Source of the DNA: Enterobacteria phage vB_EcoM_IME281
Sequence record: MH051913
Strand: one strand, 5' to 3'
Length of the DNA: 64,000 nucleotides
This document shows, in pieces, positions 8,719 through 17,854 of this stretch. The notes under the pieces are model-generated. The model saw only the letters and a program-made list of their open reading frames with translations, did no database searches and was not told the DNA's origin. Position 1 is the first letter of the stretch; each line of letters opens with the position of its first letter. The translations under genes and the position numbers were made by a program.

Positions 8719-8725
8719 TTACAAA

Positions 8726-9184
8726 ATGTCAGAAATTAATTCAGAAGTATTCATCCGCCGCAACAAATTACGTCGTCAGTTCGAAACCGAATTTCGTGAA
8801 CTTAACGCGTCCATCAAAAAAGCCGCCATTAAGAGCGGTGTCCCAGCTTTCTTTATTAAGTACTCTAATCACTTGTTGGACCGTGCTATCCAACGTGAAA
8901 TTGACGAAAAATATGTTTTCTCTTTGTTCAAGAAGCTCCATAACCATGTTAAAGAAATCCATGAATTTTTAATCCAGGAGCCTCTTCCTGACATAGAATC
9001 TGAAATTGTCCCAGGTAAAGTGTATCGTCCACTGCGTCTCGAGATTACTGATAAAACCTTATGGTTGGGTATGACCGTAGATCGTAAACATCCTGATAAA
9101 GGATATTCATTAAAATGTCGTATGGCATTTGTTAACTCTAAACGTTTAGAAGGTAAAACCAGCACGAAAGTAATCTATCTTTAA
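8726..9184 (+). CDS. regB: RegB endoribonuclease (cleaves GGAG in early mRNAs)
   Basis: 152 aa collinear with T4 RegB (EVFIRRNKLRR...HLLDRAIQREIDE...RLEITD); early promoter cassette upstream. Confidence 0.9.
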   Translation: MSEINSEVFIRRNKLRRQFETEFRELNASIKKAAIKSGVPAFFIKYSNHLLDRAIQREIDEKYVFSLFKKLHNHVKEIHEFLIQEPLPDIESEIVPGKVYRPLRLEITDKTLWLGMTVDRKHPDKGYSLKCRMAFVNSKRLEGKTSTKVIYL

Positions 9185-9196
9185 TAATGAGGTCTC

Positions 9197-9736
9197 ATGA
9201 AAAAAGTATTAGCCACTTTACTATTGACAGTTAGTATGTCTGCCTATAGCGTAGAGCCTACTTTCAGTAATGAACAACTCGATAATTTACATTATGCGTA
9301 TGCTTTCGGTGAACAATACCAAAAGTCGGGAAAGTTCAAAGAAAACCCTAATCAAAAAGGATTAGGATATATAATGGCCGGATTATTATGGCAGGAATCA
9401 TCTGCTGGAATTAATCAAGGTTTAAATAAAGATAAGCACCATGCTTATGGCATGTTCCAAAATTACTTGCCTACGTTAAGAAGTCGTGTTAAACAGGTAG
9501 GTTGGAAGATGTCAGACAAAGAAATAATCCGTATGGTCCAAAAACGACAGAACAGTGCCTCTTGGGCCTACATTGAGCTGTCTTATTGGATTGATGTTCA
9601 CAAAGGTGACCTGAGAAAAGCGATTGCTTCTTATAATGCGGGCTGGAATGTCAAAGCAGGCAGTAAATATGCTTCCGAAGTTCTAGAAAAGGCCAATTAC
9701 CTAAAATCTAAAAAGATGTTTGAGGCGGTGTATTAA
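9197..9736 (+). CDS. secreted lytic transglycosylase-like (SLT domain) protein
   Basis: Signal peptide; SLT motifs LWQESS and AYNAG; position matches T4 vs.1. Confidence 0.65.
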   Translation: MKKVLATLLLTVSMSAYSVEPTFSNEQLDNLHYAYAFGEQYQKSGKFKENPNQKGLGYIMAGLLWQESSAGINQGLNKDKHHAYGMFQNYLPTLRSRVKQVGWKMSDKEIIRMVQKRQNSASWAYIELSYWIDVHKGDLRKAIASYNAGWNVKAGSKYASEVLEKANYLKSKKMFEAVY

Positions 9737-10093
9737 ATGATTAAGCAGATGACTATAGCGCTTATGTTGATTGCTCCGGGAGTATTAGCGTCACAAGTTG
9801 ATGATAGTAATAATTCAATTGTCGAGTATGCTACCCGTACAGCAAAAGATTATTGTCATCCGAGTAATACTGAATGCATTATCGAATTCAGTTCAAAAAT
9901 CACAGCTGCTTTTAAAGATGGCCAGAATGACGTAGAGCATCGCCGAATGAAAGAGAAAACTCTTTCTAAAAGATACGAGCAACGTCTAAACGTTACTGAA
10001 TGTATTCCATCTGATAAAAAGTACAAAGAAATGTGCGCGTCTATGGTAGACAGACTCGTTGATTCATACAATCGAGGATTAAATTCTAAATGA
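9737..10093 (+). CDS. hypothetical secreted protein
   Basis: N-terminal signal peptide-like segment; 118 aa. Confidence 0.5.
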   Translation: MIKQMTIALMLIAPGVLASQVDDSNNSIVEYATRTAKDYCHPSNTECIIEFSSKITAAFKDGQNDVEHRRMKEKTLSKRYEQRLNVTECIPSDKKYKEMCASMVDRLVDSYNRGLNSK

Positions 10094-10569
10094 TTATTGA
10101 TTATATTAAGGGCGATATTGTCGCCCTATTTCTCCAAGGTAATATTATTGCACACGGGTGCAACTGTTTCCACACAATGGGTTCTGGCGTAGCCGGACAG
10201 TTGGCAAAGGCTTATCCAAAAGTTTTAGAAATAGATAAAACCTCTACTGAATATGGTTCTCGTGATAAATTAGGCAATATGTCTATTGTTTTTAAACATA
10301 AGCCTACAGGTTTTGGCATGTGCTATAACTTGTATACGCAATACGAACCAGGCCCTAATCTTGATTATGGCGCTTTAGTAAATTGTATGATAGAATTAAA
10401 TCTACAAGCAGAAACCCTTTTGTTTAAACCAAGAATTTATATCCCTCGCATTGGTTGTGGTATTGCAGGTGGAGATTGGGAAAAGGTTTCTAAATTAATC
10501 AACATGTTTACTCCTGACATTGATCTGATAGTGGTGGATTATGAAAGCCCATTACCCGCATCCGTTTGA
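10090..10569 (+). CDS. macrodomain protein (ADP-ribose binding / hydrolase fold)
   Basis: Macro motifs NIIAHGCNC..MGSGVAGQLA and IPRIGCGIAGGDWEKV. Confidence 0.75.
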   Translation: MIIDYIKGDIVALFLQGNIIAHGCNCFHTMGSGVAGQLAKAYPKVLEIDKTSTEYGSRDKLGNMSIVFKHKPTGFGMCYNLYTQYEPGPNLDYGALVNCMIELNLQAETLLFKPRIYIPRIGCGIAGGDWEKVSKLINMFTPDIDLIVVDYESPLPASV

Positions 10570-10753
10570 CCCTAAAAACAAAGCGGAAATTATTCGACGC
10601 TGGACCGAAACTCGAGTAACTAAATGTCCTATAAAAAGTCAACACAACACCGATAAATGGTATATTGGCGAATATGTTGAATATACTTTTATAGATAAAA
10701 ATAAACGTAAACAGCACGTAGAAGAATATTGCTTAAAGGTACAATGGTTATGA
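10541..10753 (+). CDS. hypothetical protein
   Basis: 70-aa ORF overlapping macrodomain 3' end; uncertain. Confidence 0.35.
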   Translation: MKAHYPHPFDPKNKAEIIRRWTETRVTKCPIKSQHNTDKWYIGEYVEYTFIDKNKRKQHVEEYCLKVQWL

Positions 10754-10956
10754 GCCAAGCCCGAATTCTTAAAACGGCTAAATGTGAAAAATGCGAATGG
10801 CCAGTAATCGCAGCTTTATGCAACGATGAAATGGAATGTGAATTTGATTACTGGTGGTACTGTTCTAATAAAGGATGTTCTAATCATAAGGGTGAAGGTT
10901 TTCATTCTGGTTATTGTGAACATCCTAAATTTGTGCGATATGGTGAACCTAAATGA
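10729..10956 (+). CDS. hypothetical Cys-rich (likely Zn-binding) protein
   Basis: Multiple CxxC-like pairs (CEKCEW...CSNKGCSNH...CEH). Confidence 0.5.
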   Translation: MLKGTMVMSQARILKTAKCEKCEWPVIAALCNDEMECEFDYWWYCSNKGCSNHKGEGFHSGYCEHPKFVRYGEPK

Positions 10957-11126
10957 GTTTGAGTAAAGAACAAAAAGATAAATTGTTTGAGCTTATCCAT
11001 GAGCTCATGGAACTTAATACAGAATGTGAATTTGATAACTCTCTAGACTGGGATTGGCATGCTGGTGAAGAAGATGAGTTTTCTAAAAAGGAAAATGAAT
11101 TAATTGCTTATGTAAATAGTCTTTAA
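10953..11126 (+). CDS. hypothetical small acidic protein
   Basis: 57-codon ORF (not in track), ATGA-coupled. Confidence 0.4.
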   Translation: MSLSKEQKDKLFELIHELMELNTECEFDNSLDWDWHAGEEDEFSKKENELIAYVNSL

Positions 11127-11135
11127 GAAGGTAAT

Positions 11136-11708
11136 ATGGCTCAACTTTATTTTCACTATGCTGCAATGAATTCTGGGAAAACTGCTTCATTGCTAACAGC
11201 CGCTCATAACTACAAAGAACGCGGTATGGGCGTACTCCTTTTAAAGCCTGCGATAGACAATAGAGAATCAAGCCATAGCATTTCATCTCGTATAGGGATT
11301 AGCCAGGAGGCTAATGCAGTGACTCCGGATATGGACCTATACGAGTTCTATCGTTGGGCTGAATCTCAAAAAGATATCCACTGTGTATTTGTGGATGAAG
11401 CACAGTTCTTAGAACCGGCACAGATAAAACAACTGGCGAAGATAGTAGACAATTATAATGTTCCAGTTATGTGCTATGGGCTAAGAACTGATTTTCAGGG
11501 TAAACTGTTTCCTGGCTCTGCTGAATTACTCGCTACAGCAGATAAACTCGTTGAGTACAAAGGTGTGTGCCACTGTGGCCGTAAAGCTACTATGACTGCT
11601 AGGGTCCAAGATGGTATCGCAATTAAGGACGGCGCCCAAGTTTCTATAGGTGGCAACGATTCTTACGTGTCATTGTGCAGGAAGCACTGGATAGAAATAA
11701 CGAGTTGA
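11136..11708 (+). CDS. tk: thymidine kinase
   Basis: P-loop NSGKTAS, Zn-ribbon CHCGRKAT; collinear with T4 Tk. Confidence 0.95.
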   Translation: MAQLYFHYAAMNSGKTASLLTAAHNYKERGMGVLLLKPAIDNRESSHSISSRIGISQEANAVTPDMDLYEFYRWAESQKDIHCVFVDEAQFLEPAQIKQLAKIVDNYNVPVMCYGLRTDFQGKLFPGSAELLATADKLVEYKGVCHCGRKATMTARVQDGIAIKDGAQVSIGGNDSYVSLCRKHWIEITS

Positions 11709-11715
11709 GGGTACT

Positions 11716-11994
11716 ATGGACCTAAATTCAAAGATTTTAATTCTAGCGTTCGCTGTGGCTATTTCTTACATTGTTCTTTCGCCTATCATGGATGATGCGG
11801 CTTACAAAAGAGAGATAGAAGTTGTAGCAGCGACGTATAATGCTAATAATAAAGAATGCCCTAATAAAAATGGAATGGATTTAATTAAAGCACATTATAT
11901 GCTTTCCATTACCTCGCCTATACAGAGGAATTGGGTTGAATATAATTTTAACGACGTGTTCTATTCTTATTGTCGTAAGCTTAAAAAGCTATAA
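11716..11994 (+). CDS. hypothetical membrane protein (position of T4 rI.-1)
   Basis: N-terminal TM segment; 92 aa; between tk and rI. Confidence 0.5.
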   Translation: MDLNSKILILAFAVAISYIVLSPIMDDAAYKREIEVVAATYNANNKECPNKNGMDLIKAHYMLSITSPIQRNWVEYNFNDVFYSYCRKLKKL

Positions 11995-11997
11995 ATA
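11990..11997 (+). promoter_or_regulatory. late promoter upstream of rI
   Basis: Exact TATAAATA. Confidence 0.5.
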
Positions 11998-12087
11998 GTA
12001 ATACTAACCGTAGAGCTTTAGCTTTTGGTAATCGCTATCGGTTAAGGCCGAAAGGCAAATTCGTATAAAATAACAAAGGACTTTTGT

Positions 12088-12381
12088 ATGGGTATTTTCC
12101 GTACAGTGGCTTGTATCCTTATGATTGGATGTTTAAGCCCAACATCTTCACTAGCAAACAAATCCGACCCTAAATTGATGGACGCCTTTGCTAGTAGTGC
12201 GATGCCAGTTTATGCGCAAATGAGTAAACCTAGTGTAAAGGCCTCCGAAGACTACTGGGCTTATGTAACTGCTTCTTGGAAAATTTCAAATTGCAATACA
12301 ATAGAGTCTTGCTCGATTGAAGGTCGGGCTATCGGAGAACGATACGCTAAACTAATGAAGGTAGATGATGAAATTCAATGA
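12088..12381 (+). CDS. rI: RI antiholin-like lysis inhibition protein
   Basis: 97 aa, N-terminal signal anchor, C-terminal C..C-I-E-x-x-A-x-x-YA..M pattern as in T4 RI; adjacent to tk; TATAAATA upstream. Confidence 0.65.
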   Translation: MGIFRTVACILMIGCLSPTSSLANKSDPKLMDAFASSAMPVYAQMSKPSVKASEDYWAYVTASWKISNCNTIESCSIEGRAIGERYAKLMKVDDEIQ

Positions 12382-12751
12382 TTTCGTACTTAGTCGAGGG
12401 ACTGAAGTAGATTCTTATATTGGTTGGCTGTTGGTTTCTTTAGCCTATTTTAAGTCAGCCCATTTGGAAACCAAAAGCTATGCAAGACACAAAGCATATG
12501 ACTTCTATTATACAGAAGTTCAAGGACCACTAGACCAGTTCAGTGAACAGTATTTAGGATTTAGTGGCAAAGAATATAAAGCATCACTACCATCTGCTTC
12601 AGAACTGCCTAAAGACCCCATAGATTTTCTTGATGAACTTATTAAAGCGTCTGATAAAATCTACAAAAATCTTCCTAAGGCCATCCAATCGACTTTGGAC
12701 GACATCACTGGTGTCTTTTACCAGACTAAGTATTTGTTAACGTTAGAATAA
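12365..12751 (+). CDS. hypothetical protein (position of T4 rI.1)
   Basis: 128-aa ORF followed by intrinsic terminator. Confidence 0.5.
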   Translation: MMKFNDFVLSRGTEVDSYIGWLLVSLAYFKSAHLETKSYARHKAYDFYYTEVQGPLDQFSEQYLGFSGKEYKASLPSASELPKDPIDFLDELIKASDKIYKNLPKAIQSTLDDITGVFYQTKYLLTLE

Positions 12752-12754
12752 TCA

Positions 12755-12784
12755 AAGGTCTCACTTCGGTGGGACCTTTTTTCG
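12755..12784 (+). terminator. intrinsic terminator
   Basis: AAGGTCTCAC-UUCG-GTGGGACCTT then T-run. Confidence 0.7.
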
Positions 12785-12791
12785 TTTAGGT

Positions 12792-12845
12792 GTTTACTTC
12801 CTCTAGGAACGTGATACTATAGACCTATCAACTAATGAGGAGAAC
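12792..12845 (+). promoter_or_regulatory. early promoter cassette (PeSL-like)
   Basis: GTTTAC-N17-TACTAT-AGACCTATCAACTAATGAGGAG. Confidence 0.7.
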
Positions 12846-12848
12846 AGT

Positions 12849-13085
12849 ATGAAACTTACAAGTACTACGGTTTCATTGGAATATGAAATCAATAACCGCC
12901 TCCTTGAGATTAAGATATTCGACGACCGAAGTATCTTTGCTGACTACCGAGGGTACAGAATTCGCCTAGAAAAGGACGAGCTCAAGGAACCACGGCTCCT
13001 TAAAGACACATTAAAGGGATGTGGGTGTAAGCTGAAGACCACTCAAGCCCAAGAATTAATTTCTACTATCAACAAATACTGGTGA
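12849..13085 (+). CDS. hypothetical protein
   Basis: ORF downstream of early promoter cassette, GAGGAG SD. Confidence 0.55.
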   Translation: MKLTSTTVSLEYEINNRLLEIKIFDDRSIFADYRGYRIRLEKDELKEPRLLKDTLKGCGCKLKTTQAQELISTINKYW

Positions 13086-13089
13086 TATT

Positions 13090-13272
13090 ATGTTAACTAC
13101 TGAACAGATTGAGAAAATTATTAAACTCGCCCAGCATATTGAAAACGCATCCAATGACCTAGCTGTTGAATATTGCGAAGGTTATTCATATTCTGGAATA
13201 GAGCAGTGTAAACGAGATTTGGCTAATTCTAAAGCGGCCTTGGTTGAGTATCTTAATGAGTTGAAAGCATAA
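13090..13272 (+). CDS. hypothetical protein
   Basis: 60-aa ORF. Confidence 0.4.
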   Translation: MLTTEQIEKIIKLAQHIENASNDLAVEYCEGYSYSGIEQCKRDLANSKAALVEYLNELKA

Positions 13273-13393
13273 TGGCTGATGGCACAGGAGCCTGAAGATG
13301 ATTTACTATCTTGAACCTTGGGCTTGGTCAACAATGATTATAGGCCCTATTTTAATCGGTTTATTCTTTTCATGGTTAGTGAGGAAATTGTAA

Positions 13394-13591
13394 ATGTTAT
13401 ACGATCCAAATGGTTGTTCTGAAGATGGTGTGATTGCCCTTTTAGCAGATGTTGAAGAATCTGACGATGACGTCTTTGTTAAAGATTGGGAAGAAAAAGG
13501 TGGAATCACGCTCCAACAAGAAAATGATATGATTTGTCTGAATGCAGACCAAGTCGAAGAGCTTTATAGTATTTTAAAACATAACCGTTGA
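13394..13591 (+). CDS. hypothetical acidic protein
   Basis: 65-aa ORF with GTGAGGAAATTGTAAATG context. Confidence 0.5.
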   Translation: MLYDPNGCSEDGVIALLADVEESDDDVFVKDWEEKGGITLQQENDMICLNADQVEELYSILKHNR

Positions 13592-13601
13592 GGAATAGAA
13601 A

Positions 13602-14162
13602 ATGATTATTGAAACAACTGAATTGTTTGGCGAACTGTCCGCTGAAGTAGTTAATAACGCAATTGAGCTTTCACAAGAAGACGATAAAATCGTACTGACT
13701 ATCGCTGATATTAAACCGCTTTATGATTTAATGGTTTTAGATAGACACGATTATCTTAACGGTCGGGCTAGTGCTCCTATCGATATCAATGATGATATGT
13801 TTGCCTATATCTATAAAAATGAAACCGGGTTTAATCTGGAAAATGGTATTGAATGTCTGAGCATCAGCGATTCTGATAAATTCTTTGATTGTATTTTCAA
13901 ACTGTTCCAGGAAGAATGCAAGCCGGAAGTTGAATGGAAAGTCCCTGGCCAAGATGCCGTGATTCGTTCTAGTGAAACCTTTGAAGGTGATGAAGAAGAA
14001 CTGAATTATGATACTGAATTAACCGTGTATCAACATCAGGGCCGTGATTTGTTATCCTTGACCCAAAGACACGATGGTGAAAGTGAAGTGGTATTTACTA
14101 AAGACGAACTAAAAGTTTTAGTCTCTTATCTGAACTCTGTTATCCCAACTATGAACTCTTAA
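13602..14162 (+). CDS. hypothetical acidic protein
   Basis: 186-aa ORF with GAGGAA SD. Confidence 0.6.
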   Translation: MIIETTELFGELSAEVVNNAIELSQEDDKIVLTIADIKPLYDLMVLDRHDYLNGRASAPIDINDDMFAYIYKNETGFNLENGIECLSISDSDKFFDCIFKLFQEECKPEVEWKVPGQDAVIRSSETFEGDEEELNYDTELTVYQHQGRDLLSLTQRHDGESEVVFTKDELKVLVSYLNSVIPTMNS

Positions 14163-14172
14163 GGAAAATATT

Positions 14173-14631
14173 ATGATTATGATTATCAATGCAAACTCTT
14201 GGCACGCTAAACTTCATGACCGTTTTTATGACAGTCATTCTCGACCGCACTCTTTATGTGCTTACTTCTGGAAAATGGTTTGGGCTTGTTTTGCTTGTGC
14301 TGTTGTTGCAGGTAGTACGCTTTTTGGATTAACTGTTGCAGGTGTTGGTGTATTAGAGCATTTCTTTGTATTAAGTACCCCTGTTCTGTTGAGTCTAGGG
14401 TTTGTTTTAGGATTGGTTGCAATAGCTCTTATTATTGCGCTATCCATTGGTTTGGCATTCGGTGCGATGAATTTACACGCATGGTATGATGCCCGTAGAG
14501 AAGAAAAGGAATGGCAACGTATTCAAGCTGAGCGTGAAGGCCGAGAAACTAAAGAAAACATCGTTATTCAATACATTAAAGCTCGTAAATCTAAGGTCTG
14601 TCCGGTAATCCACTTCGAGGACAAAGAATGA
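14173..14631 (+). CDS. hypothetical membrane protein
   Basis: Two hydrophobic helices; 152 aa. Confidence 0.55.
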   Translation: MIMIINANSWHAKLHDRFYDSHSRPHSLCAYFWKMVWACFACAVVAGSTLFGLTVAGVGVLEHFFVLSTPVLLSLGFVLGLVAIALIIALSIGLAFGAMNLHAWYDARREEKEWQRIQAEREGRETKENIVIQYIKARKSKVCPVIHFEDKE

Positions 14632-15638
14632 GAACAGTTATGAAAGGCTACTTCGGTAGTCACCTTTATGGAACAAGTACTCCAGAATCTGATGTTGATT
14701 TTAAAGAAATCTTTGTTCCACATCCGCGTGATATTCTGTTAGGTACGGCTATGAACCATACCAACCTGAATACGAATAACACTGCTTCCAAAAACACTAA
14801 AGATGATGTTGACCACGAGCTTTACAGCCTGAAATATTTCTTTAAACTGGCGGCAGATGGCGAAACCGTTGCTCTGGATATGCTCCACACTCCACCTGAA
14901 ATGGTGGTTAAATCTGATTTACCTGGTGTATGGAAATTTATCCAAGACAATCGTTCTCGGTTCTATACGACTAACATGAAAGCCTATTTAGGGTACGTCC
15001 GTAAGCAAGCTTCTAAATATGGTGTTAAGGGTTCTCGACTAGCTGCACTGCGTGGTGTACTGGCTATTGTTAACCAGATTCCTGAACAGTGGGTCGATTA
15101 TCAAGAAGGAATCCCTGATAGACTTCGTCGTACTAAGGTAGAAGATATCAAACACAGACTCCCTGAAAATGAGTTCTGTGAATGGGTATTCCATAACCAT
15201 GAGAAAACAGGTCCGCAAACGTTCTATACTGTTCTAGGACGTAAGTACCAAACTACTTTGTCTTTAATCGAGCTCAAGCAATCTCTGAATAAGCTCGATG
15301 CTGAATATGGTGAACGTGCCCGTAAAGCTGAAGCTAACGAAGGTATTGACTGGAAAGCTCTGAGCCATGCTTATCGGGCTGGGTATCAATTGTTGGAAAT
15401 CTACCAAACAGGCGACCTGGTATTCCCATTGCGCGAAGCCTCTATCATTAAGCTGATTAAGGCCGGTGAACTTCCATTTAAAGAGGTCCAAGAACTTCTT
15501 GAAGACACTGTTGATTTAGTCGAAGTACTGGCTATCCAGGCTCATAAGAACGGTATGCCTGCTAAGGTAGATATGAAGTTCTGGGACAAGTTTGTTGAAG
15601 AGGTATACCTTGACAACCACAACTCTTATTATCGATAA
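14628..15638 (+). CDS. predicted nucleotidyltransferase (Pol-beta-like fold)
   Basis: hG[GS]-x10-D-x-D motif FGSHLYGTSTPESDVDF near N-terminus; 336 aa. Confidence 0.6.
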   Translation: MRTVMKGYFGSHLYGTSTPESDVDFKEIFVPHPRDILLGTAMNHTNLNTNNTASKNTKDDVDHELYSLKYFFKLAADGETVALDMLHTPPEMVVKSDLPGVWKFIQDNRSRFYTTNMKAYLGYVRKQASKYGVKGSRLAALRGVLAIVNQIPEQWVDYQEGIPDRLRRTKVEDIKHRLPENEFCEWVFHNHEKTGPQTFYTVLGRKYQTTLSLIELKQSLNKLDAEYGERARKAEANEGIDWKALSHAYRAGYQLLEIYQTGDLVFPLREASIIKLIKAGELPFKEVQELLEDTVDLVEVLAIQAHKNGMPAKVDMKFWDKFVEEVYLDNHNSYYR

Positions 15639-15645
15639 CGAAGAA

Positions 15646-15834
15646 ATGAAGGTCTTTTTATCATATGGAAGACCCCATAAAACCCGACGTTGGTATCTTG
15701 AAGCTGTCTGTAAAGAAACCGGACGTCGAGTCAATATCAAGTACGTGTGCAAACCTACGCCTAAACAGACAAGACAATTTGTTAACTGGGCTATAAATGA
15801 TATACGCTTCCATAATTTTTGGAGCGCAATTTAG
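15646..15834 (+). CDS. hypothetical small basic protein
   Basis: ORF followed by intrinsic terminator. Confidence 0.4.
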   Translation: MKVFLSYGRPHKTRRWYLEAVCKETGRRVNIKYVCKPTPKQTRQFVNWAINDIRFHNFWSAI

Positions 15835-15856
15835 GAACCTTCGGGTTCCTTTTTTG
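15833..15856 (+). terminator. intrinsic terminator
   Basis: AGGAACC-UUCG-GGTTCCT then TTTTTT. Confidence 0.75.
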
Positions 15857-15874
15857 GGTTTAGTGCAAAAAAGA

Positions 15875-15910
15875 GTTTACACCCTCGTAGAGCATGTTAT
15901 TATGGACCTA
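15875..15910 (+). promoter_or_regulatory. early promoter cassette (PeSL-like)
   Basis: GTTTAC-N17-TATTAT-GGACCTATCAA. Confidence 0.6.
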
Positions 15911-15940
15911 TCAAATCTACTGAGTGAAATGGAGAATATA

Positions 15941-16921
15941 ATGTTAACTATCAAAATCAACAAAGGTATCTATCGCGGTAATGTAATCTCCGGTACGTTC
16001 ATGAGTTCAGGTAAAACCTGGTTCCCTAATAAAATTCATGAATCCGAAGCTCACCTCGGTGATGGTAAGGTATTTGTACAGATTGATGGTGTTGAACGTG
16101 GTGTATGGGTGTTCAAATGTGACGTTGAAATGGAAGGTGCTGAAGCTCCTGCAATGGTTACTGAATCCGCTGAAGAAATGAAACATCGCATCAACAAACG
16201 TTTTAAAGTAATGAACATGATGACTAACGGAATCATCGATGGTAAAATTCGTTCCCTTATCATCTCTGGTGCCGCAGGTATTGGTAAAACTTATTCTTTG
16301 GATAAAGCATTACAGAATGCCCACGAAAATGAAACTATCGAATATAAATCAATCAACGGAAAGATTAGTGGAATCGGTCTTTACGAGCAGCTTTGGAATA
16401 ACCGCGGCCCTAATAGTGTTCTTCTTATCGATGATGTTGATGTATTCTCTGATATGGATATCCTGAACCTGTTAAAAGCAGCATTGGATACCGGTGAAAA
16501 ACGTAAGGTGTGCTGGAGCACTTCAAGTTCTTATCTCGATGATAAAAATATCGATAAAGAATTCGAATACGAAGGCACCATCGTGTTCATCACCAACGTT
16601 GATATTGACCGTGAATTAGAGCGTGGAACTAAACTTGCTCCGCACCTCCAGGCTTTAGTATCTCGTTCAGTTTACTTAGACCTCGGAGTTCACTCTAACG
16701 AAGAGATTATGGTTCGTGTTGAAGACGTTATCCTGTCCACTGATATGATGCAAAATCGAGGTCTGACCGATGCTGAGACTTATCAAGCACTGGCATGGAT
16801 GAAGGCTAATGTATCTCGTCTTCGTAACGTATCATTACGTACAGCTCTTTATCTGGCGGACTTCATTGCCACCGATAAAAATGACTGGAACGAAATTGCT
16901 GAAGTTACACTTCTGAAATAA
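15941..16921 (+). CDS. predicted P-loop ATPase
   Basis: Walker A SGAAGIGKT, Walker B LLIDDVD; early promoter upstream. Confidence 0.6.
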   Translation: MLTIKINKGIYRGNVISGTFMSSGKTWFPNKIHESEAHLGDGKVFVQIDGVERGVWVFKCDVEMEGAEAPAMVTESAEEMKHRINKRFKVMNMMTNGIIDGKIRSLIISGAAGIGKTYSLDKALQNAHENETIEYKSINGKISGIGLYEQLWNNRGPNSVLLIDDVDVFSDMDILNLLKAALDTGEKRKVCWSTSSSYLDDKNIDKEFEYEGTIVFITNVDIDRELERGTKLAPHLQALVSRSVYLDLGVHSNEEIMVRVEDVILSTDMMQNRGLTDAETYQALAWMKANVSRLRNVSLRTALYLADFIATDKNDWNEIAEVTLLK

Positions 16922-16930
16922 AGGTGAATT

Positions 16931-17272
16931 ATGTTTGAACAATTTATTTACAATCTTTATAAAGCAGGTTTGGCCCATCGTGATGCCATGAAACAGTCCG
17001 TCGAGGACTATGATAAAGAAGTTATCGACGGATATACTAATAGAGTTTATAAAACAGATTGTGAAGAAGGAGATTACAAGAGACTGCTCTTGGCTGCGAA
17101 GACCCAGGCCTTAATAAATCTAGACCGTAAGCAGGTAAAGTTGGCAGGCGACTTCCGAGGTGAACTCTGCGCCATCAGGAATGAATATCGCATTCGTATT
17201 GAACATCAACGGAAACCTAATACCCAATCAGCGTGGTTTAGTGGACATGCCGGTGAAAAAAGTTTCTATTAG
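16931..17272 (+). CDS. hypothetical protein
   Basis: 113-aa ORF. Confidence 0.5.
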   Translation: MFEQFIYNLYKAGLAHRDAMKQSVEDYDKEVIDGYTNRVYKTDCEEGDYKRLLLAAKTQALINLDRKQVKLAGDFRGELCAIRNEYRIRIEHQRKPNTQSAWFSGHAGEKSFY

Positions 17273-17274
17273 TT

Positions 17275-17323
17275 GTTTACATCTCCAGTAGAAATGATAC
17301 TATAGACCTATCAACTACTGGAG
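17275..17323 (+). promoter_or_regulatory. early promoter cassette (PeSL-like)
   Basis: GTTTAC-N17-TACTAT; inverted repeat CTCCAGTAG/CTACTGGAG (compensatory variant of denV copy). Confidence 0.7.
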
Positions 17324-17329
17324 GTTATC

Positions 17330-17854
17330 ATGAACGCTAAAGATATTTTTTCACTGATTAATTTTAACAATGGTAATTTCAAATCTGAAAAACAAAGCAA
17401 GTTCTTTAACGACGTTGCTTGTGGTAATGAGATTACCGTATCTGGAGGAGAGATTTACAAAAGCCGTTGGAACTGGATTGTTGTCATTGATTCAGTTGGT
17501 ATTGTAGAGCTCTATAAAAACACTAACAAAAAACGTACTCTTCACTGGAGTCGTGAAACCAATCAAGCTTATCAAGCTGAACGTAACAAACGTTTAATGC
17601 CTACCGAATCTGACCTGGCAAACGTTAAATCTGATATCGCTTATTTCGATAATCTGATTGCCGAGGAACAAGCGGTTATTGATAAGTTTGATGAAATCAA
17701 AGCTTGTAAAGAGATTCCTGAATTCATGCGGGAATCAGTAAATGAACAGTACGCCCTCACTTCAGGTCGTATCGAGCAGTACAAATCACAACGAGCTGAA
17801 CGCCAAGCTCTGCTTCAGAAATTTGAAGAGCGTTTAAAGACGGTTCTCGCATAA
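17330..17854 (+). CDS. hypothetical protein
   Basis: 174-aa ORF downstream of early promoter cassette. Confidence 0.6.
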   Translation: MNAKDIFSLINFNNGNFKSEKQSKFFNDVACGNEITVSGGEIYKSRWNWIVVIDSVGIVELYKNTNKKRTLHWSRETNQAYQAERNKRLMPTESDLANVKSDIAYFDNLIAEEQAVIDKFDEIKACKEIPEFMRESVNEQYALTSGRIEQYKSQRAERQALLQKFEERLKTVLA

